Assembly (NCBI GenBank): GCA_964652365.1
Contig: CAZZCT010000001.1
Coordinates: 1,593-65,592, forward strand
From: an uncultured Lentisphaerales bacterium
GTDB taxonomy: Bacteria; Verrucomicrobiota; Kiritimatiellia; RFP12; CAZZCT01
Reading direction: 5' to 3'
DNA: 64,000 nucleotides
Positions 28,221 through 36,381 of the stretch are shown one piece after another (position 1 is the stretch's first letter; each line of letters begins with the position of its first letter). The notes under the pieces were generated by a model, which did no database searches, was not told where the DNA came from, and worked only from the letters and a program-made list of their open reading frames with translations. A program made the translations under genes and the position numbers.

Positions 28221-28825
28221 TCACGCGCCGACGACGTGAAGCGTGCGTGCGTCGCGCGCGACTGTGTGCCAGAAAATACGCTGCTTCCAGGTGCGCTTGG
28301 GACGGCGGTCGAAGATCACCAGCCAGCCTTCCTTCGCGCCGCAGCTGCAGGAAGGCCGTCAGGATCAGGTGCGGCGCGGCCTCGCGGTAATCGTGCTTCT
28401 CCACCCAGACATCGGCGTTCTCGCGCCAGAACTCCTGGAAGCCGCGCAACAGGCCTGTCATGTCGAGCCGGTTGTCCGCGAACCAGCGGTGGACCAGGCC
28501 GGGCGAAAGGGACTCCTGCGTGGAGTAGCTGGCTCCAGCAAAAGGCGCGGGCCACGGCCTCGGGCGGGAAGGCCTGCCCCGTGTCGGCAGTGTGCTGGGC
28601 GTAGAGGCTGGCGACCTCGGCTTCGGTAAAGATAGCCAGCGTCAGCGACTTGGCCGCGATGTTGAAGGGGCTGGCCGAGCCGAGGGTGGTACCACCGGGG
28701 CGGACCTGAGCCTTGCTTGCCGCGCCGTAGCTCTGCGAAGGCGGGTAGTCGCGGATGTCGCGCATGCCGACCAGCGCCACCGAACTCGGGAACGGCTGAC
28801 CGCCGGCGCGGCGGCCCCCACCCAT
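28221..28825 (-). pseudogene. remnant of an AAA-like ATPase gene with PD-(D/E)XK-type tail; N-terminally truncated, several frame changes and deletions
   Basis: Family-typical fragments lie in three frames: SVALVGMRDIRDY..GSASPFNIAAKSLTLAIFTEAEVASLYAQHTADTGQAF, then GLVHRWFADNRLDMTGLLRGFQEFWRENADVWVEKHDYREAAPHLILTAFLQ, then KEGWLVIFDRRPKRTWKQRIFWHTV..LHVVGA-stop (28221..28223). No Walker motifs remain. Confidence 0.45.
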
Positions 28826-28921
28826 TGGACGTGCTCGACAACACTGCTGGCGGCCGCCCAGATGGCAGCGTTCTCGCTAGGCAAGATGTGCACGACGTTG
28901 ACCTGCACCGCCGACGGCCAG

Positions 28922-30142
28922 TTAGCCCAGGGTCGCGATCGCACGGGAACTGCCCGGACACGCGAGTCCGACGCCCGCCTGCATTCCGCCGACGTCAACC
29001 GTGTAGTCGCCCAGGAACCCATCGAACACCACACACCCGTGGGCGTCGGTCACGAGCTTCTGCGGTCCGGTCCACCAGGCGCCCTTTACCAGTCGCATCA
29101 GGGCCTCATAGGCCGGTTTGGGCGAGAGATCCTTGCGCAGCAGACCGCCGGGCGCGCCCAGCCAACAGCCCTGATCGGCCAGGTCCCACCACGTGATGGC
29201 TTCGACCGATGGATGCGAGAAGAGCAGCGTGTAGAGCTCCGTCACCTGCCGCGCCTGCTGCTCCTCGCCCTCCGGCGTGCTGAACCAGTCGTCGCGGGCC
29301 TTGCTCCAACTGTGCTCTGGCTGCACGATGCCCGAGAGGATGGTCAGCTCGCTGAAGTGCAGCGGCTTGCCGAAGCGCGCGTACTCCTCGCACACCCGCC
29401 AGATCTTCTCCGCGCCCCAGTAGCCCTTGTGCATGTGGGACTGGATGCCGACGATATCGACCGCCGCGCCGGCCGCCAGGCTGTCACGTACCAGCCGCGC
29501 ATAGGCCGGCACGGGATCGCAGTCGTTGAGCACGAGCGCCGCAAGCGGGCTGGCCGCGCGGGCGCGCGCGAACGTCTCCTTCACCAGTCCCACCCGGCCC
29601 AGACGCCGGGCCACGCGTGCCAGCGGGTGCTTGCCGCCTTCATGGCCCGGGGTCCAGACGGTCTCGTTGATCACATCCCACACATCGACCAGACCAGCAA
29701 ACCCGGCCACCTCGCGCGTGATGCGTTCGAATTGGCGCGCCTTGAACTCCGCAAACGGCAGGGCCCGCGCCCAGTCGGGGGCCGACATGTGGTAGCAGAG
29801 CGGATGGCCTTTGGCCACGATCCCCCGCTCCGCACACCAACGCGCCATGGCGGTCAGCCGTTCGAGCTTCGTCTCGCCCGCGCGCGGCTCGTAGCCGCCC
29901 CAATAGAACGGCAGCGTCGCGAAGTTGAGCAGGTCGGCGAAGCGCGCCTGGTAGGCGGCCTCGCGCCCGGGGTCGGCTTCGGCGCCGAGGCGGAACAGAT
30001 TGCAGCCAAAAAGGAACTTGTGGCTCGTCTGGCGGACCGTCACCTCGCGGCCGGCCAGCGGCCGGCCGTCCGAGGTCTGTACCGTCAGATGCAGATGTCC
30101 GGTGCGGTGTTGGCGAATGCGCTGATTCACGCTTGCAGACAT
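28922..30142 (-). CDS. GH10-like glycoside hydrolase (endo-xylanase family), no signal peptide
   Basis: FLFGCNLF, ATLPFYWGGYEP, GIVAKGHPLCYH, acid/base-type VDVWDVINETVW, nucleophile-type PLHFSELTIL. Confidence 0.75.
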   Translation of the reverse strand: MSASVNQRIRQHRTGHLHLTVQTSDGRPLAGREVTVRQTSHKFLFGCNLFRLGAEADPGREAAYQARFADLLNFATLPFYWGGYEPRAGETKLERLTAMARWCAERGIVAKGHPLCYHMSAPDWARALPFAEFKARQFERITREVAGFAGLVDVWDVINETVWTPGHEGGKHPLARVARRLGRVGLVKETFARARAASPLAALVLNDCDPVPAYARLVRDSLAAGAAVDIVGIQSHMHKGYWGAEKIWRVCEEYARFGKPLHFSELTILSGIVQPEHSWSKARDDWFSTPEGEEQQARQVTELYTLLFSHPSVEAITWWDLADQGCWLGAPGGLLRKDLSPKPAYEALMRLVKGAWWTGPQKLVTDAHGCVVFDGFLGDYTVDVGGMQAGVGLACPGSSRAIATLG

Positions 30143-30339
30143 GGCGTGCGTTTTGAACTCCTACGCTTTCCGGTGGCGGCAGCCGCGGTTCCTGACGATC
30201 ACCGCACCACCAGGCACGTTCACTCTCCAACGCATCGCGTAAGCCATCACGCCACGCGGGCCATACCGGTCAGAATCACCGGACCAGAACCGAGGAAAGC
30301 CACAAACCTGTTCTCATGAGCATGACAACCTCCTTGGAG

Positions 30340-33300
30340 TTACTTGAGGGCCAATTCACCCCAGTTGCGGGGCACCATCATCAACTCCTCGACCTCGTCG
30401 CTGACCAGGCCCGTGCTCAGGTTGGCCCAGTACGAGCGCAGCACCGTGTCGTTGCCAGCCTTGTTGCCGTGGGTCGCACCGACATCGCCGCGCAAGGCCA
30501 GACCGGCCGCAGGCGTCGTACCAAGCAGACTCCACGGAATGGCGGCTTCGACCACGTACCCCTTCTTGTCGTCGGCCAACTTGACCTGCAGCGTAACTGT
30601 CTGGGGGAAGGTCACACTCTCCATCCAGACGCCATCGCGGTAGACGCCCGAACTGAACTTCATCGGCTTCTTGTCGGATTCCTGCGCGACGACGCGACGG
30701 TACAGCACCGCCGTTGGCTTGCCCTGGAACGGACCGATCGACAGCCGCAGATCGCCCAACTCCGCCTTGTCGCGGTTGGCGTCGGCCTTCGCATTTGTGG
30801 CGAGTTGCAGGTCGACCGTGTCGCCGCGCGCATAGAGGAACTCGGGCGCATCCGCCCCGTTGACCCAAGGCGTATCGTCCATCACATGCCAGGCCACATA
30901 CAGGTTCGCCTGGTCCCACGCGAACGCGCTGCGGACCTTGGCATTGTCCTGACGCGAGAAGTCCTTGATGGCCTTGGCGCCGAAGTCCTTTTCAATGTCA
31001 CCCGAGAAGGCTGGCTTCGCCTGGGCAATCTCCAGCTTGCGCCCGCCCTCCTGCGCCGTCAGGTAGCGCTGGCGGTACGCCTTCGCGGTCTCGACGTCCG
31101 CCGCGCTCAGCGCGAGCTTGCCGCCGGCGAGCGCCTGCGCCTTCTCGAGCCCCTGCACGTGCATGTTCCAGAAGCTGGTGTGACCGCCCTGAATCGAGAA
31201 CACACCGTCCTTGCCCAGGGTGACCGAACCGCCAAAGGCCTCTTCGCCGGCGCCGGGCGGGCAGCGCGTACAGTCGGTGCCGGGCACGGCCTTGTCCGGG
31301 AACTCAACCTTCATCGGGTCGCCTTCCCAGAACTTCGTCAGGTAGTACCCCTGCTCAGTGAGCGCGTGCCACTCCCCCTTGTTGGTCGGAATCACCCAGA
31401 TGTTGCCGATGGGCGGGGGCAGCGTGACCGACCCGCAGATGTCGTAGGCGCCACGGATCATGCCCACCTCGGGCGGGCAGGCGCGGTGCGAGCCGTGCAC
31501 GCCGGTGAAGTTGCTGGGGTAACTCCACATCTTCTTGCCGCTGGCGATCTCGTAGCAGTCGAGCGTCATGTGATCCTCGCCGTAACCGCCGTTCCAGAGC
31601 ACGAAGCGGTTGTCGGCCGACCCCGCGTTCCTCTGGGCGCCCATGCCGCCGCGGTACCCGGCATCGGACGGAGCCGGCAGCAACTTGGCCTGACCCAGGT
31701 CGTAAAGCGGCGCGCCACACTTCGTCCAGCCGGTCACCTTGATCTGCTTCATACCGCCGTAGCAGGTGAGGTCGGGCGTGATGGCCATGTACCAGCCCTG
31801 GATCCAACCGCCCAAGTCGTTCGGGTAGCTCGTGACCTCCTCGGGCTGCTCGCGGACATCATCATTCGCATCCGCCCACACCTCCACGAGCTTCTGCTTG
31901 TCCTTCTCGGTCTGTTCGAGCCGCGTGCGCAGTTTCCACTCGCCGTCGCGGATCTTCTCGAAGATCCGGATGGCGCCGCCCGCGTGCAGGAAGGCGGGCG
32001 TCACGGCTACGTACAGGCGCCCGCCCGGACCGAAGCCAAAGCGTGAGGCCATCATGCCATTGCGGTCCAAGGTGCCGAGCACCGTGGCCTGGCCCGTCTT
32101 CTGGTCAATGCGCCATTCGCAGCCCTGGCCGACCATCAGGCACGGGTCCACCGGGTTGATCGCTGCTCCCAGTGCGCCGTAGGTCGACGATCCGAAGAAC
32201 TCCTTCGCAAAGGCCCCGGTCTTGGCGTTCCAGACACTGACGCGTCGCGGCAGGCCGTCCTGCTCGGTCACCCAGAGCTGCCCCTGCGAGTCAATCGCCA
32301 GCGCGCTCACATGGAGCATGCCCTCCGGCTGCCAGAGACCGGCTAGACGCCGTCCCGCCTTGACGCCAATCGTCCGGGTGAGCTTGCCGTCCTTTCCGAG
32401 CACCTGCACGTAGTGGTGGTCGCCCCGGATGCCGCAGTAGATCTCGCCGTCCGGATCGACCGCGATTGAACTGACCCAGTCCTTGCCTTCCAGCGGCACC
32501 GCACCGACCTCGCGGATGGCGCCGCTCTGCGGGTCGACCGCCAGCACCTTCCGGGCCTCGGACATGGCATACAGCATGCCATCGGGGCCGAGTTCGATGT
32601 CGCCGACCTTGGGGACGGCGAGTTTACGCAGTGTCTTGCCGCTCTTGGCGTCCACGACCGCCACCAGCCCGCGACCGCCGAATCCCATGAAGACCATGCC
32701 ACGACCGGCCGTCAGGCTGTCGGGCCGCTCGGGCACCTCCGCGTCGCCGGCGAAGACCTGGGCCATCGACAGGTCCGTGGCGTCCGTGCCCTCCCACACG
32801 CTGTAACCGCCGGTCTTGGCGTCCACGCGGTAGAGGCTGCGGGGAGCATACTGTCCGTGTTCGTTCCAGACATACACGGTGCCGGCCTCGGCGGCCACCA
32901 AGCTGGCCGTGGCAATGCCGCCGCGAATCTGCTTCCAGAGAATCTTGCCCTCGGGCGTGCAGGCCAGCAGCGGCTTGGCGCCTTCGCCGCCGGCCCAGCC
33001 GACGTAGACGCGTTCGCCGTCCGCCGCCACCGCGCAGGGATCGCCATGGTCGGCGCCCCACACATTGCCCCAGGGCGTCTCGGAGCTGCTGCCGGCCCAG
33101 CCGCGCAACGCCAGTGTCACACCGGGGTGCCAGATGCCCGCCCATGTGAAATCGCCGGCTTCCAGCGGCTGGCCGGGCACGTTCACAGAGGTGGTGCCCA
33201 GCCCGTCCCAGCGGACTTCGTGACTGCCCTTCGGGTAGAAGGCGCTGGTCAGCAACTGGCGGGCCACGGTGCCGTCGGCGCGGAAGACGTTGAGCGACAC

Positions 33301-34254
33301 GTATCCGTCGGCGTCCACGGCAAAACGGATCGACTTGAACCCTTCCGGCTCGCGGCTCTTGACCAGCCCGGTCCAATCCACGGCCGGCACGCCGTCAACC
33401 ATGCGTACGGCGAACTCGCGACCGTCACGCAGCCGCACCGGCCGTAGCGCTGTCTGACCCTTGGAGGCGAGCGTCGCAAAGCCCCAGCAATTCGGGGCCT
33501 GAAAGGTGAACACGCGGTCAATGCCGACAGCCGGCCGGAAAATATCCTTGATGGTCAGGCGCGTGCCGGCGCCCGTGAGAAAGTTGGGTTCGAGCGTCAG
33601 CACAATCCTGGCGCCGGCGGTCGGCTTCCAGCCATCCCGCGAGAGCAACTCCCACGGAATCGACAGCTCCTGCGTGTAGCCGCGTTTGTCTTCCCAGACT
33701 GCGAAGGTCTGCTTGCCACCCTTCTCCTTGGATTCAACACTCCCCTCGTTGAACTTCTGGCCCCAGTCGATCTTGAGCGTATCCAGCCCGTCGCGGTCAC
33801 GCCAGGCGGTGATGTGGCTGGTGCGGGTGCCGGGATGGTCCGGTCCCGGGTCCTGCTGCGGACTGCCGCGCGTGGCAGCCGCCGCCAGCTTGTCGGCGGG
33901 CGCCGTGAGCGTGCGGAACTGCAGGCAGTCGCCACTGAAACCGTAGTCGCCGCGAATGCTTCCAGGGTGATTGAGAGGTGTGAGGTCCATCCACCGTGCC
34001 AGAATGTAGAGATTGTCGGCGTCCCACATGGCGTGGAACCAGGTGCCGTACTTGTCGCGCTGGTTCTCGACGTCGCCGCAGGCAAAAATGCCGCCGGAGA
34101 GGTCCCAGTCATCGCTCTTCGCGTCGACCGTCACCTGGCCCGGAGCGGGCAGTACCTGAAAATCCTGGTTCTCGGTCTCGGTGGACCGAACACCGGCCGC
34201 CAGCATCAGTACCAGGGCCAGCCAGGCAACGCGTATGTGCTCACGTGATCTCAT
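30340..34254 (-). CDS. giant secreted protein: CBM9-like / FlgD-type Ig / NHL-like propeller / CBM9-like (paralog of 7118..10996)
   Basis: ATG at 34254 (GGGAG upstream) gives MRSREHIRVAWLALVLMLAAGVRS. Motifs: VTVDAKSDDWD..AMWDADNLYILARW, GDFTWAGIWH, DPDGEIYCGIRGD and DSQGQLWVTEQD, C-terminus ..RSYWANLSTGLVSDEVEE..PRNWG. Confidence 0.8.
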   Translation of the reverse strand: MRSREHIRVAWLALVLMLAAGVRSTETENQDFQVLPAPGQVTVDAKSDDWDLSGGIFACGDVENQRDKYGTWFHAMWDADNLYILARWMDLTPLNHPGSIRGDYGFSGDCLQFRTLTAPADKLAAAATRGSPQQDPGPDHPGTRTSHITAWRDRDGLDTLKIDWGQKFNEGSVESKEKGGKQTFAVWEDKRGYTQELSIPWELLSRDGWKPTAGARIVLTLEPNFLTGAGTRLTIKDIFRPAVGIDRVFTFQAPNCWGFATLASKGQTALRPVRLRDGREFAVRMVDGVPAVDWTGLVKSREPEGFKSIRFAVDADGYVSLNVFRADGTVARQLLTSAFYPKGSHEVRWDGLGTTSVNVPGQPLEAGDFTWAGIWHPGVTLALRGWAGSSSETPWGNVWGADHGDPCAVAADGERVYVGWAGGEGAKPLLACTPEGKILWKQIRGGIATASLVAAEAGTVYVWNEHGQYAPRSLYRVDAKTGGYSVWEGTDATDLSMAQVFAGDAEVPERPDSLTAGRGMVFMGFGGRGLVAVVDAKSGKTLRKLAVPKVGDIELGPDGMLYAMSEARKVLAVDPQSGAIREVGAVPLEGKDWVSSIAVDPDGEIYCGIRGDHHYVQVLGKDGKLTRTIGVKAGRRLAGLWQPEGMLHVSALAIDSQGQLWVTEQDGLPRRVSVWNAKTGAFAKEFFGSSTYGALGAAINPVDPCLMVGQGCEWRIDQKTGQATVLGTLDRNGMMASRFGFGPGGRLYVAVTPAFLHAGGAIRIFEKIRDGEWKLRTRLEQTEKDKQKLVEVWADANDDVREQPEEVTSYPNDLGGWIQGWYMAITPDLTCYGGMKQIKVTGWTKCGAPLYDLGQAKLLPAPSDAGYRGGMGAQRNAGSADNRFVLWNGGYGEDHMTLDCYEIASGKKMWSYPSNFTGVHGSHRACPPEVGMIRGAYDICGSVTLPPPIGNIWVIPTNKGEWHALTEQGYYLTKFWEGDPMKVEFPDKAVPGTDCTRCPPGAGEEAFGGSVTLGKDGVFSIQGGHTSFWNMHVQGLEKAQALAGGKLALSAADVETAKAYRQRYLTAQEGGRKLEIAQAKPAFSGDIEKDFGAKAIKDFSRQDNAKVRSAFAWDQANLYVAWHVMDDTPWVNGADAPEFLYARGDTVDLQLATNAKADANRDKAELGDLRLSIGPFQGKPTAVLYRRVVAQESDKKPMKFSSGVYRDGVWMESVTFPQTVTLQVKLADDKKGYVVEAAIPWSLLGTTPAAGLALRGDVGATHGNKAGNDTVLRSYWANLSTGLVSDEVEELMMVPRNWGELALK

Positions 34255-34294
34255 CGCATGCTCCCGTTTGTACCGGTGACGCAGCCACTGCGCA

Positions 34295-34325
34295 CCAGTC
34301 ACTATACATTGCGTGTATATCATGT
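34295..34325 (-). promoter_or_regulatory. candidate operator/promoter: + strand CCAGTCACTATACATTGCGTGTATATCATG (inverted repeat TATACA-N5-TGTATA)
   Basis: AT-rich island 41-71 nt upstream of the 34254 ATG. Matches 44616..44646 as CCAGTYACTATACA-N6-GTATAWCAT. In gene sense it contains a TATAGT -10-like hexamer. Confidence 0.4.
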
Positions 34326-34354
34326 TGGGCAGGTGTGATGCAAACAGATAAGTC

Positions 34355-34387
34355 AACCTTGGCGCGCTTGGCGTCTTGGCGGTTCAA
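34355..34387 (+). repeat. triple-TTGGCG repeat unit c1 (AACC-TTGGCG-CGC-TTGGCG-TC-TTGGCG-GTTCAA)
   Basis: Read directly. Near-identical direct copy at 35041..35077. Confidence 0.8.
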
Positions 34388-34490
34388 TAGAGATGATTTG
34401 ACATGGCTCGAAAAGGGAAACCGGTCTAACCTGGATCCGCGCGTCCGGGTCGATGCACCGGAGAAGAACTACCACGCAGTATTAAGCAGG

Positions 34491-34521
34491 TAACCGCCAA
34501 GACGCCAAGGACGCCAAGGGG
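34491..34521 (-). repeat. triple-TTGGCG repeat unit c2 (inverted)
   Basis: Its reverse complement CCCCTTGGCGTCCTTGGCGTCTTGGCGGTTA differs from c3 at 2 of the first 30 positions. Overlaps the SD region of the GxxExxY gene. Confidence 0.8.
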
Positions 34522-34533
34522 AGGAGAGGGACG

Positions 34534-34965
34534 ATGAGAGAGCCGGACAGAGAGCTTGATGATTTGGCCAATGCCGCGATTGGGGCCGCGATTGAAGTGC
34601 ATCGCGTCCTGGGCCCCGGGTACCTGGAAAGCGTCTATGAAGAGGCGTTGGCCGTCGCGATGGAACTTCGAGGTCTGCCCTTTGAGAGGCAGAAACCCAT
34701 GGGCGTGGACTACAAAGGCCGTGCGGTCGGCCAAGGGCGACTGGACCTGTTGGTCGGCGGAAAGCTGATCGTTGAACTCAAGGCTGTTGATGCCCTTGCG
34801 CCGATTCACACCGCGCAGGTCATGTCCTATCTCAAGACCTTGAAACTCCCGCTCGGACTTCTGATGAACTTCAACGTCCCGCTTCTGAAACATGGCATCA
34901 AACGCGTCGTGCTTTCTTGCCCCCTTGGCGATCTTGGCGTCTTGGCGGTTCAACCTGGGAAGTAG
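34534..34965 (+). CDS. GxxExxY-family protein (PD-(D/E)XK nuclease-like)
   Basis: AAIEVHRVLGPGYLESVYEEALAVAMELRG..GRLDLLVGGKLIVELKAV..QVMSYLK matches the GxxExxY family pattern. GGGGAGGAGAGGG precedes the ATG. The last 14 residues (PLGDLGVLAVQPGK) are encoded by repeat c3. Confidence 0.85.
   Translation: MREPDRELDDLANAAIGAAIEVHRVLGPGYLESVYEEALAVAMELRGLPFERQKPMGVDYKGRAVGQGRLDLLVGGKLIVELKAVDALAPIHTAQVMSYLKTLKLPLGLLMNFNVPLLKHGIKRVVLSCPLGDLGVLAVQPGK
34921..34955 (+). repeat. triple-TTGGCG repeat unit c3
   Basis: CCCC-TTGGCG-ATC-TTGGCG-TC-TTGGCG-GTTCAACC. Inverted partner of c2 across the GxxExxY gene. Confidence 0.8.
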
Positions 34966-34978
34966 ATCAGACACCAGA

Positions 34979-35012
34979 GGCCAACCTCCAAGACGCCAAG
35001 GACGCCAAGAAG
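34979..35012 (-). repeat. triple-TTGGCG repeat unit c4 (inverted, third hexamer TTGGAG)
   Basis: Reverse complement CTTC-TTGGCG-TCC-TTGGCG-TC-TTGGAG-GTTGGCC. Lies 23 nt after c3. Confidence 0.75.
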
Positions 35013-35040
35013 ACGTGGTGCTGTCTCGCTGAAAGCACAA

Positions 35041-35077
35041 AACCCTTGGCGCGCTGGGCGTCTTGGCGGTTCAACCC
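35041..35077 (+). repeat. triple-TTGGCG repeat unit c5 (direct copy of c1)
   Basis: AACCC-TTGGCG-CGC-TGGGCG-TC-TTGGCG-GTTCAACCC. Ends 17 nt before the stop of the SGNH gene. Confidence 0.8.
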
Positions 35078-35094
35078 TCTCCCGGAGGACCGTT

Positions 35095-36339
35095 CTACGG
35101 CTTCGCGACGCACCAGACGGCCGGCTTCTCGCCGCCGGCTACGCAAATGCTTTCGATGTGCAGTTCCTGTTTGGCATCGGCCACGTGCACCGGCTCGATG
35201 CGCAACACGTGCTCGACGACCGGGTCCAGGCCGGTCGCCAGGATCTCGTTCAGATGCACGGTGCCGCCCATGCGCTTGCCGAGCGAGCCGCCGTCGAACA
35301 GCTCGGGGGCTGGATCATCGGCCTTGGCGTTGCTCCGCTTGCATGGCTGACCGTCGATGAACACGCGGTACTGGCAGCCCTTTGTCACGGACTCACCGAA
35401 CAGCATCACCATGCTCCCGCGGAAGTGCGCCTCGAACGGAGCGCCCTCGGGCGAGGGGGTCCCCACCGTAACATCATCCAGCCAGCGCGACATCTGCATG
35501 TCGAAGACCGGCGAGGTCACGCTAGCCCGAGCCGGCGCCCAGCCCTTCGGCAGGGGCGTGAGCGACGAGAGGCGCACGCGGGCGCTGCGCAGGTAGGTGT
35601 CGGCGGTCACCATCTTCTCGGTCACCGTGCAAATGCGCTTCTCGCGGACGGCCAGCTGGAATCCGTCCCAAGCCGCGTCGGCAAACTGCACGTACCCGGC
35701 GTCGCCGGGGTGGACGCCATCGAATGGCCAGAGGTCGGCGATCGTGACTGTGCCCGCCTTGACGCGCTCGAAGATCAGAGCCACGGCATCGCCCAAGCCC
35801 GTGCGATAGGCCTGGGACAACTCGATGTGCTTCACGCGCCGCTGGAAATCGTCGATGGTCGTGCGCTTCTCGACGTTCCACTTGAACGGGAAGATCACCT
35901 GTACCACCGGCGCCCCGGCCAGCACAATCCGGCGGATGAGCGCCTCGTACGAGGCCATGTTCTCAGGGGTCGCCCATTCGATGCCGTCGTTGGCCGTGAA
36001 GTCGAGAAACACCAGGTCCGGCTTGTGGCGCAACACGTCGCGCTCGAGCCGGAACACGCCCAGTTGCGAGCCGGTCCCGCCGATCGCGGCATCGCGGAAG
36101 GTGAAGTGTGCCTTCGGATAGGCCACCTCCAAACGCTGGCCCAGCAGCGCGCGACAGGAGGTCCATCCCTGGTCCGAGGCGTTCGCACCCCAGGTCAGCG
36201 AAGCCCCGAAGAACACCACGTTCAGGCGCTCGCCCGCATTGGCACGCCGATCGAACTCGGCGAACGAGGGCTCGCCAGCCGCGACGGCCACGGCACCACA
36301 CACACAACCCGCCAGACACACACCTGCCAGAACCTGCAT
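35095..36339 (-). CDS. SGNH-family hydrolase (carbohydrate-esterase-like), probable lipoprotein, with C-terminal beta-sandwich-like extension
   Basis: NVVFFGASLTWG (block I variant), DLVFLDFTANDG, FDGVHPGDAGY. The ATG at 36339 has GAAGGA 8 nt upstream and gives MQVLAGVCLAGC with an LAGC lipobox. Alternative starts at 36348 and 36357. Confidence 0.75.
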   Translation of the reverse strand: MQVLAGVCLAGCVCGAVAVAAGEPSFAEFDRRANAGERLNVVFFGASLTWGANASDQGWTSCRALLGQRLEVAYPKAHFTFRDAAIGGTGSQLGVFRLERDVLRHKPDLVFLDFTANDGIEWATPENMASYEALIRRIVLAGAPVVQVIFPFKWNVEKRTTIDDFQRRVKHIELSQAYRTGLGDAVALIFERVKAGTVTIADLWPFDGVHPGDAGYVQFADAAWDGFQLAVREKRICTVTEKMVTADTYLRSARVRLSSLTPLPKGWAPARASVTSPVFDMQMSRWLDDVTVGTPSPEGAPFEAHFRGSMVMLFGESVTKGCQYRVFIDGQPCKRSNAKADDPAPELFDGGSLGKRMGGTVHLNEILATGLDPVVEHVLRIEPVHVADAKQELHIESICVAGGEKPAVWCVAKP

Positions 36340-36381
36340 ATCGATCATCCTTCGCAACGGCGGGCATCAACCCGCAACCCA

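Noticed and set aside
28592-32046. + strand ORFs 28592..30319 (575 aa) and 30316..32046 (576 aa)
   Set aside because: Antisense to the GH10 gene and to the 30340..34254 giant gene. No motifs and the same shadow-ORF composition. The same reasoning applies to 20652..22046, 45517..47139, 50818..52482, 52510..53778, 54627..56039 and 56170..57504.
34370-34390. tRNA T-arm-like GGCGGTTCAA in the repeat units
   Set aside because: No acceptor, D or anticodon stems can be drawn around it. The sequence recurs as part of the triple-hexamer repeat.
34355-35077. Possible CRISPR array (regularly recurring TTGGCG-containing repeats)
   Set aside because: The copies alternate in orientation, the intervening segments are of very unequal length (23 to ~400 nt), one of them is a complete gene, and no cas genes are nearby. 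This is not a CRISPR organisation.
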